From Moraxellaceae bacterium (lineage in GTDB: Bacteria > Pseudomonadota > Gammaproteobacteria > Pseudomonadales > Moraxellaceae): a stretch of 32,000 nt of DNA. The notes beneath the pieces are model-generated. The model ran no database searches, had not been told where the DNA came from, and saw nothing but the letters and a program-made list of their open reading frames with translations. Below are positions 25,472-32,000 of the stretch, piece by piece. The stretch's first letter is position 1. Every line of letters begins with the position of its first letter. The translations under genes and the position numbers were made by a program. Location: contig JAUSND010000006.1 in assembly GCA_030646295.1 (NCBI GenBank), positions 1 through 32,000 of the forward strand. The letters are read 5' to 3'.

Positions 25472-26566
25472 TCAGTACAGGGCCTTGCCGTTGCGTACAA
25501 ACGGCGGACGCACGATGCGCACCGGCAGGCGCTTGCCGCGAATCTCGACTTCGGCACGGTCGGCGCTGCCGGCAGGAATGCGTGCCAGGGCAATGGCAGT
25601 TTCCATGGTCGGGGAGAAGGTTCCCGATGTGGTCTCACCTTCGCCATCGGCCGTGATGACCTTCATGTGTGAGCGCAGTACGCCGCGTTCTTCCAGGATC
25701 AGGCCGACCAGGCGTGATTTTACGCCAGCTGCCTTCTCCGCCTCCAGCGCCGCCTTGCCGATAAAGTCATGCGGCGCTTCATCAGAGCCCCAGGCAATGG
25801 TCCAGGCCATGTTGGCGACCAGCGGCGACACGTCTTCGGTCATGTCGTTGCCGTAAAGGTTCATGCCGGCCTCCAGACGCAGGGTGTCACGTGCGCCCAG
25901 ACCGCAGGGCAGCACGCCGGCAGCCAGCAGCTCGCGCCAGAAGGCGGGTGCCTCGGCATTGGGCAGCAGGATTTCCAGGCCGTCTTCGCCGGTATAACCG
26001 GTACGGCTGATGAACCAGTCGCCGGCAACGGCGCCGACAAACACGTCGAGGCCATTGATCAGGCCGGCCAGCGCCGGCTTGAGGGCCGCCACTTTCGCCC
26101 GGGCCTCGGGACCCTGCACCGCAATCATGGCCAGATCGGTACGTTCGTTGAGGGTGATGGCAAAACCGGCGGCCTGCGCCTGCATCCAGGCCAGGTCCTT
26201 GTCGTGCGTACCGCAGTTCACCACCACACGCCACAGCGAGGGCGCATCCGGCGCAGGGGCATAGACGATAAGATCGTCGATTACGCCGCCATCTTCGCGC
26301 AACATACCGGAATAAAGCGCCTTTCCGGGCGCCTTGAGGCGCGCCACGTCATTGGCCAGCAGCTTTTGCAGGTACGGCAGTGCGTCGGCACCATCCAGCT
26401 CGAGAAAGGTCATGTGGGAGACGTCGAACATGCCGGCGGCACGGCGCACGGCATGATGCTCTTCCAGCACCGAACTGTACTGCACCGGCATGTCCCAGCC
26501 ACCAAAGTCGACAACACGTGCCTTCAGGGCCAGATGTTCATCGTAAAGCGCGGTTTTGTGGCCCAT
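25472..26566 (-). CDS. gcvT: Glycine cleavage system aminomethyltransferase T
   Basis: It has T.LY..H......+VDFGGW.MPVQY, MFDVSHM and ARD.LRLEAG..LYG.D. Confidence 0.92.
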   Translation of the reverse strand: MGHKTALYDEHLALKARVVDFGGWDMPVQYSSVLEEHHAVRRAAGMFDVSHMTFLELDGADALPYLQKLLANDVARLKAPGKALYSGMLREDGGVIDDLIVYAPAPDAPSLWRVVVNCGTHDKDLAWMQAQAAGFAITLNERTDLAMIAVQGPEARAKVAALKPALAGLINGLDVFVGAVAGDWFISRTGYTGEDGLEILLPNAEAPAFWRELLAAGVLPCGLGARDTLRLEAGMNLYGNDMTEDVSPLVANMAWTIAWGSDEAPHDFIGKAALEAEKAAGVKSRLVGLILEERGVLRSHMKVITADGEGETTSGTFSPTMETAIALARIPAGSADRAEVEIRGKRLPVRIVRPPFVRNGKALY

Positions 26567-26671
26567 GGTGACAGCATCCCGAGTAATGAGGCGCGCATTT
26601 TACACGCCGGAGGGGGCCAGCTCCACGACTACAGGGACTGAACGATTGACGGCAGGGCTCAGAACAGGCGG

Positions 26672-27025
26672 TCAGCGCACCGCCGCCGTCACGACCACCT
26701 CGATCTTCCACTTCGGATTGGCCAGCTGCGCCTGCACGGTGGCACGGGGTGGCGCATGACCTGCCACCACCCAGCCGTCCCACACGGCATTCATGGCGGC
26801 GTAGTCGGCCAGGTCCGGCAGGAAGATCTGTGTCATGAGGATGCGCGACCTGTCGCTGCCCACCTCGTGCAACAAGCGATCAATCGTCTCCAGCACCTCG
26901 CGGGTCTGGCCGGTGATATCCTGCGCATCGTCCGTGGCCACCTGCCCTGCCAGATAGACCGTGCCGTTGTGTACGGCGGTATCGCTGTAACGCGCCGCCA
27001 CATGCATCCGTTTGATATCCGTCAT
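26672..27025 (-). CDS. RidA/YjgF-family protein
   Basis: 117 aa, with G.VYLAGQV...D...QT..VL..ID.LL and ...PPRATVQA.L, which is RidA-like. Confidence 0.8.
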   Translation of the reverse strand: MTDIKRMHVAARYSDTAVHNGTVYLAGQVATDDAQDITGQTREVLETIDRLLHEVGSDRSRILMTQIFLPDLADYAAMNAVWDGWVVAGHAPPRATVQAQLANPKWKIEVVVTAAVR

Positions 27026-27660
27026 TACTTGCCCCCTGCTACGGACAACCGCTCCAGTTGCCCGTCATGAACATTTGAAAAGATGGCCAGTGCCACACCG
27101 GCACCACACAGACACATGAACATGTCCCACTGCGTGTCCCAGACATCGCCCTGCGTGCCGAGGAATGACTCGGCCGCCTCGGCCGACACGGTGGCAACAA
27201 ACCATTCAATGAGTTCGTAGAACGCGCTGAAGGCCAGGCAGATGGAAATCACGAACAACACCAGCCAGCCGCCGCGCTTCACCACATTCTTGCGCAGCAG
27301 GATTTCGCGCGCGAGGATGGCCGGCTCCAGCCCCTGCACAAAATGCCCGAGGCGGTCATAGTGGTTGCGCTCGAAACCGAACAGGTCCTGCACCTGAAAG
27401 CCGGCAGGCACAAGCGCATAGGTGTAATGCCCGCCCACAATCAGGATGACGGCGTGCAGGAAAATGAGGCGGTACAGCAGATCGGTCAGGGGAAATGATG
27501 TGCGGGTCCACAACAGGAATGGCAACGCAATAAAGACCGGCAACACTTCCAGCCACCAGGTGGGATAGTCATGCGGATTGATCGCCGACCAGCCCAGCAC
27601 CAGCAAGGTGAGCACAAGAAGAATGACAGGTTCCTTGCGGAGAGACGCGGACGTGGTCAT
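27025..27660 (-). CDS. DUF2238 (YjdF-like) inner-membrane protein
   Basis: It is polytopic, with HYTYALVP, NHYDRLGHF.QG and GTQGD.WDTQWDM. Start is ATG 27660. Its stop overlaps the RidA-like start (TAATG). Confidence 0.75.
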   Translation of the reverse strand: MTTSASLRKEPVILLVLTLLVLGWSAINPHDYPTWWLEVLPVFIALPFLLWTRTSFPLTDLLYRLIFLHAVILIVGGHYTYALVPAGFQVQDLFGFERNHYDRLGHFVQGLEPAILAREILLRKNVVKRGGWLVLFVISICLAFSAFYELIEWFVATVSAEAAESFLGTQGDVWDTQWDMFMCLCGAGVALAIFSNVHDGQLERLSVAGGK

Positions 27661-27724
27661 CAGGCAACTGCCTTTTGCTGGTGTGAATATTCGCGACTGG
27701 CGCCGCACCGGTAACAACCCTGCG

Positions 27725-28978
27725 CTAGAGTCCCTGACCACCGCTACGCGCACTGCCAGGCAAATCACCCGACAGCCCCATGGCCACACGCGCCAGCTCC
27801 TGCTTGACGGGCAACAGGCGATTGGTGGCACGCATGCCGATATTGCGCGCAACGACAAGCAGCGGGTGCTGGCTGCCAAACAGTTTCTGGAAGCCGGTCA
27901 TGCTGTTAAGGATGAGCGTGTTGTGGGCGCGACGGCGGCGTGCGTAACGCGACAATGTCACTTCGTCACTCCAGGCAATCTTCCTGTCGAGTGCCCGGCA
28001 TATTTCTTCCGCCAGCACACCGGCATCAAGCAGACCGATATTGACGCCCTGCCCCGCCAGCGGATGGATCGCATGGGCGGCATCACCGATCAGCGCAATG
28101 CCGTCACGGACATAATCGGTGGCATGCGCCGCACGCAGCGGAAAGCTGTAGCGCGGATCAACCGACTCGATGTTGCCCAGCGTGTTCTCCAGCGCAAAAC
28201 CGATTTCCCGCATGAAGGCCTGGTCATCCAGCGCCATCAGTCGCTGCGCTTCCGGTTCGTCCTGCGACCAGACGATGGAGCAGAAATGATCGTCACCGCT
28301 TGCCGTGAGCAGCGGCAGGAAGGCCAGCGGCCCGGTCGGACTGAAGCGCTGCCAGGCCGTGAACTGGTGCGGCTTTTGTGTACGCACCGTGGTGACAATG
28401 GCGCGCTGGTGATAATCCGTGGCGCGCACATCCAGGCCCACCATGCCGCGCACGGCCGACTGCGCACCATCGGCGCCCACCACCAGTGTGGCCTGCAGCG
28501 TTTCGCCGTCGTCCAGCGTGAGCTGCCAGCCCTGCGGCAACCGCTCCAGATGGGTAAGCCGGGCCGGGCAGCGCAAGGTGACGTTATCCGCCTTTACGGC
28601 AACCTCGGTGAGTGCCGCCTGCAGCAGCCGGTTTTCCACCAGCACGCCCAGATGGCTTTCGCCGATTTCACGCGACGAAAACTCGACACGGCCACTGCCA
28701 TCGGCATCCCACACCGTCATGCCGGTATAGGCACAGCAACGGCAGGCTTCGACCGCCGCCCAGGCGCCGACATGCCGCAACAGGTTTTCTGACGCGCGCG
28801 TGAGTGCAGAGACACGCGGCTCGAAAGGCGCATCGGGCAATGGCGCCTCCACGGCGGCACGCTCCAGCATGAGAATGGACAGGCCGCTTTTCTGCAGCAG
28901 GGCCGCAAGCAACGAGCCAACCATGCCGGCACCAACGATGACAATGTCGTACTTACTTGATGGCATGACTGCACTCAT
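27725..28978 (-). CDS. UbiH/UbiF/VisC/COQ6-family ubiquinone-biosynthesis hydroxylase (UbiI/VisC-like by synteny)
   Basis: It has YDIVIVGAGMVG (FAD), GADGA.S.VR and IGDAAH.IHPLAGQG.N.G..D. It lies downstream of ubiH, as visC/ubiI does in E. coli. Confidence 0.85.
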   Translation of the reverse strand: MSAVMPSSKYDIVIVGAGMVGSLLAALLQKSGLSILMLERAAVEAPLPDAPFEPRVSALTRASENLLRHVGAWAAVEACRCCAYTGMTVWDADGSGRVEFSSREIGESHLGVLVENRLLQAALTEVAVKADNVTLRCPARLTHLERLPQGWQLTLDDGETLQATLVVGADGAQSAVRGMVGLDVRATDYHQRAIVTTVRTQKPHQFTAWQRFSPTGPLAFLPLLTASGDDHFCSIVWSQDEPEAQRLMALDDQAFMREIGFALENTLGNIESVDPRYSFPLRAAHATDYVRDGIALIGDAAHAIHPLAGQGVNIGLLDAGVLAEEICRALDRKIAWSDEVTLSRYARRRRAHNTLILNSMTGFQKLFGSQHPLLVVARNIGMRATNRLLPVKQELARVAMGLSGDLPGSARSGGQGL

Positions 28979-29000
28979 TCGCGACCAAAGCCGCTCCCAC
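28978..29000. repeat. Single degenerate REP arm
   Basis: TTCGCGACCAAAGCCGCTCCCAC is related to the REP arm TTCGCGGCTAAAGCCGCTCCCAC. It sits between the ubiH and ubiI-like genes. Confidence 0.55.
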
Positions 29001-29014
29001 GGAAAAAATACGCA

Positions 29015-30223
29015 TCAGTGACTGAGGCCCATGGCATACCGGGCCAGCGCCTGTTTGGCGGCAGGCAGCAAATCAAACGTCACCATGCCGACATTGCGCA
29101 GCAAGGTCAGGCCCGGGGTGTTATTGGAAAATCCGCGCACCAGCCGGTCGGAAAAGCTGGTGACATTATGCTGGTCATCAATACGGGCGTTTTCGTAATC
29201 ACGCAGCAGGGAAAATTCGCCGATGTCGCCGCCTTCACGATGCCGCTGCGCAAGGCGTTCCGTCAGCGCCAGGCAATCGCGCAGACAAAGATTAAAGCCC
29301 TGCCCCGCCACTGGATGCAGCGTGTGGGCGGCATTGCCCAGAATAACGGCACGCGGCTGAGTCTGGGTTTGCGCAACCGTCAGGGCCAGCGGATACGCAA
29401 ATCGTTTTGCCGTTTTCACAAAACGGCCGGCGCGCTTGCCGAAGGCGGCCTGCAACTGCGCCAGAAATTCGTCATCGCTGCAATCAATCAGCGGCTGCTC
29501 GGTACCGGCCGGCAAGGTCCACACCACGGCACGACGGTTTTCCGGCAGCGGCAAGACCGCCATGGGGCCGCTTTCGGTAAACCGCTCATAGGCAATGTGG
29601 TCATGCGGCAGGTGCGTTGCCACTGTTGTCACCAGCGCGACCTGGTCATAGGCCGTCGTCGTGGCGTTCACACCCAGCAGTTCGCGACAAGGAGAATTGG
29701 CGCCATCCGCTGCCACCAGCAATGGTGCGCTCAGCGTAAAGGACTCATCGCCCTTTTTCAGTTCGGCCGAGACGTGCGACTCCTGCACACGAATGCCGGT
29801 GAGCGTCACACCATCGCGCACGGTGACATTGCTGCACTGCCGGAGCGCGCGCAGCAGCACCAGCCCCATCCAGGCGTTTTCAATCACCTGACCGAAGCTC
29901 TCGACATTTTCTTCATCAGCCACCAGACGTGACATGCCGAAGTGGCCGCGCTCGGACACATGGATCTCGTGAATGGAGGTGGCATGCAGCTGCATGTCGT
30001 CCCACAGCCCAAGCTCGCGATAGGTGGACACGGTACGGCGCGACAATGCCGTGTTGCGCGCATCGAAACTGGGGCGGTACGGCAGCGGCGCATCCGGCTC
30101 CAGCGGCGGAAAGGAAATGCTTTCCACCAGCGTGATGGCAAGGCCCGGCTCACGGGCCAGCAGCAGCGCAAGCGTCACGCCCACCATGCCACCGCCGATA
30201 ATCAGCACATCTGTGTCTTTCAC
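29015..30223 (-). CDS. ubiH: 2-octaprenyl-6-methoxyphenol hydroxylase-like FAD monooxygenase
   Basis: It has DVLIIGGGMVG, ADGANS and LGNAAHTLHPVAGQGFNL.LRD. Its position between pepP and the visC-like gene matches E. coli and Pseudomonas order. Confidence 0.85.
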   Translation of the reverse strand: MKDTDVLIIGGGMVGVTLALLLAREPGLAITLVESISFPPLEPDAPLPYRPSFDARNTALSRRTVSTYRELGLWDDMQLHATSIHEIHVSERGHFGMSRLVADEENVESFGQVIENAWMGLVLLRALRQCSNVTVRDGVTLTGIRVQESHVSAELKKGDESFTLSAPLLVAADGANSPCRELLGVNATTTAYDQVALVTTVATHLPHDHIAYERFTESGPMAVLPLPENRRAVVWTLPAGTEQPLIDCSDDEFLAQLQAAFGKRAGRFVKTAKRFAYPLALTVAQTQTQPRAVILGNAAHTLHPVAGQGFNLCLRDCLALTERLAQRHREGGDIGEFSLLRDYENARIDDQHNVTSFSDRLVRGFSNNTPGLTLLRNVGMVTFDLLPAAKQALARYAMGLSH

Positions 30224-30314
30224 TGCCTGACGCCCCTGCTACTGCTGCAACCTGTTGATACAGGCGGGAATTAGATCACTATAATGCGGCAAAACCCATT
30301 ACGCAGATCAATAC

Positions 30315-30779
30315 ATGCGCACTCTTGCCGTTGCCGCCCTGCTGCTGGCCACCAGCACCCCTGCCCTTGCCGACATCTACCTGCTGAGCCGCCAGAAACT
30401 GGAAGGCACCGACTTCACTGCCGCCTTTTTCCTGAGTCACCCGCAGATGACATCGCTGGCCACCTGCGAACAGGAGCGCACGGCCGCCAGAACCACCGGC
30501 TTCAAACTGTTTGCCCGGCTCTATTTCGGCACGCGCAAGGGTATCAGCACGCAGGACCAGCTCTACTGTGTGGAATCAGACCAGACATTCACGCCATTCC
30601 GCGCCCATTCGATGGTCGACTTCACCTATCTGGTTACGCTCGCCAACAGCCGGATGACGGTAGAGCCAATGCAGTCACTTGGTGCATGCTCGGCAATTGC
30701 CGGACGTGACACCGGTCTTTCCAAAAACCGCTTCTGCGCCAAAGGCAGCCAAAGCATCCAGCAGGCAAAAACACCTTAA
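30315..30779 (+). CDS. Hypothetical secreted protein
   Basis: It has a signal peptide (MRTLAVAALLLATSTPALA) and four Cys. It runs opposite to its flanking genes and overlaps the pepP stop by 4 nt. I recognise no family. Confidence 0.5.
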   Translation: MRTLAVAALLLATSTPALADIYLLSRQKLEGTDFTAAFFLSHPQMTSLATCEQERTAARTTGFKLFARLYFGTRKGISTQDQLYCVESDQTFTPFRAHSMVDFTYLVTLANSRMTVEPMQSLGACSAIAGRDTGLSKNRFCAKGSQSIQQAKTP

Positions 30780-32000
30780 CGCGCCATCAGTGCTTCAATA
30801 TCATCAACCGTTTTTGGTGCGGCATGCGTCAGCACTTCGTGGCCGGTCTTGGTCACCAGCACATCATCCTCGATGCGCACACCGATGCCGCGCCACTTCG
30901 GATCGACGCTTTCGCAGTCCGGAGCAATATAAAGACCGGGCTCTACCGTCATGACCATGCCGGGCTCCAGCTCGCGCCAGTTGTTGTCGATCTTGTAGTC
31001 GCCAACATCGTGCACGTCCATGCCGAGCCAGTGCCCGGTGCGGTGCATGAAAAACTGGCGGTAGCTGGCCTGCTCGATGCATTCCTCTTTGGTACCAGTC
31101 AGCAGGCCCAGTTTCAGCAAGCCCTCAACCAGCACATCAATCACGGCCTCATGCGGCGCGTTCCAGTGCGCGCCCGGCTTTACCGTGGCGATGGCTGCGT
31201 GCTGTGAATCCAGCACCAGCTGGTAAATGGCTTTTTGTTCCGGCGAGAATTTTCCGTTTACCGGAAAGGTGCGGGTGATGTCGGCGGCGTAATGATCCAG
31301 TTCGCCACCGGCATCAATCAGCACCAGATCGCCATCGCGCATGGCCTTGTTGTTCTCGACGTAATGCAGGATGCAGGCATTGGCGCCGGAACCGACAATG
31401 GAGTTGTAGGCTGGCGCCGGGCAGCCGTTCCTCAGGAACTCGTGCAGGATTTCGGCTTCGAGTTCGTACTCGTACAGGCCGGGACGGGACAGCTGCATGG
31501 CGCGCACATGCGCACGTGCCGAAATGGTGGCGGCCTTGCGCATGATCTTGAGTTCGTCTGCCGACTTGAACAGGCGCAAATCATGCAGCAGGTGGTCGAG
31601 CATCATGAATTCGCCCGGCGCATGGGCACCGGCACGTGCCTTGGCACGAATCGTATTCACCCAGCCCATCAGGCGCTGGTCAAACACAGGCTGCGCACCC
31701 ATCGACACAAACACGCGCTCACGGCCTTCGATGAGACCGGGAATGATGTCGTCGATATCGGTAATGGGGAACGCATCATCCGCACCAAAATCATTGACGA
31801 CGCCTTCGGGCCCGGCGCGGTAACCGTTCCAGATTTCCATTTCACGATCACGCTCGCGACAGAACATCACGAACTCGCCCTGCGGGCGGCCGGGAATGAG
31901 GCAGATCACTGCCTCGGGCTCGGGAAACCCGGTGAGGTAATAAAAATCACTGTCCTGGCGGTAGCGGTATTCGGTATCGCGGTTGCGCTTGTAGTGCGGC
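30776..32000 (-). CDS. pepP: Xaa-Pro aminopeptidase (N-terminus beyond the window)
   Basis: It has the M24B motifs DGDLVLIDAGGE..YAADITRTFP, HGTGHWLGMDVHD and EPG+Y, ending in GIGVRIED. The frame stays open upstream of the track Met (…YRQDSDFYYLTGFPEPEAVICLIPGR) to position 32000. Confidence 0.9.
   Translation of the reverse strand, partial: PHYKRNRDTEYRYRQDSDFYYLTGFPEPEAVICLIPGRPQGEFVMFCRERDREMEIWNGYRAGPEGVVNDFGADDAFPITDIDDIIPGLIEGRERVFVSMGAQPVFDQRLMGWVNTIRAKARAGAHAPGEFMMLDHLLHDLRLFKSADELKIMRKAATISARAHVRAMQLSRPGLYEYELEAEILHEFLRNGCPAPAYNSIVGSGANACILHYVENNKAMRDGDLVLIDAGGELDHYAADITRTFPVNGKFSPEQKAIYQLVLDSQHAAIATVKPGAHWNAPHEAVIDVLVEGLLKLGLLTGTKEECIEQASYRQFFMHRTGHWLGMDVHDVGDYKIDNNWRELEPGMVMTVEPGLYIAPDCESVDPKWRGIGVRIEDDVLVTKTGHEVLTHAAPKTVDDIEALMAR

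Noticed and set aside
26567-26671. A glycine riboswitch might be expected upstream of gcvT.
   Set aside because: I read the - strand leader. It has no GGAGAG...CACCGAAGGGGCAA-type aptamer blocks. The gap is only 105 nt and contains a small GGAG...CTCC hairpin. TAAAAT (- strand, complement of about 26589-26594) could be a -10 element, but I could not support a promoter call.
27578-29932. The + strand ORFs 27578..28792 (404 aa) and 29018..29932 (304 aa).
   Set aside because: They are antisense shadows of the ubiI-like and ubiH genes and contain no motifs.

Overview
The window has two parts.

**Positions 1-9029: integron cassette array.** This stretch is AT-richer and is the distal part of a chromosomal-type integron gene-cassette array.
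- About 18 attC sites lie in + orientation. Most belong to one ~75-bp family, roughly CTAACAAYTCRTTC...GTGTCAGGCTGCGCCTG...CTCMAACGTTAG.
- No intI or attI is in the window. They would be expected to the left of position 1.
- The cassettes carry small accessory ORFs: secreted or membrane hypotheticals, DUF3592, YiiX-like, OsmC-like, GST-like and LMW-phosphatase-like proteins.
- The attC cores become progressively degenerate towards the 9-kb end.

Two things stand out in the array.
1. Four cassettes have good attC sites but no credible ORF (5-297, 2137-2508, 2509-2879, 3216-3483). All four share a conserved element of about 210-300 nt. It has conserved hairpins and at least one compensatory base-pair change between copies, so it is a candidate structured RNA family carried as mobile cassettes.
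2. An ~1.18-kb IS110-family element (894-2072, - strand) is inserted precisely in an attC. Its 5' leader contains short segments that match both target flanks and both IS termini, as expected for a bridge/seek guide RNA.

**Positions 9046-32000: GC-rich core chromosome.** Gene order resembles Gammaproteobacteria.
- The first genes encode a DUF4395 protein, an Omp85-like outer-membrane protein, a YhiN-like flavoprotein, and a permease with a thioredoxin-like partner.
- These are followed by a NuoF-like subunit plus a Cys-type formate dehydrogenase alpha subunit, then rpiA, ilvA and rlmI.
- The last block is gcvT-gcvH-gcvPA-gcvPB, ridA-like, yjdF-like, ubiI-like, ubiH and pepP (partial at the window edge).
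- GTGGGAGCGGCTTYAGCCGCGAA REP-type palindromes sit in intergenic regions.
- Many long antisense ORFs in this GC-rich part are shadow frames.
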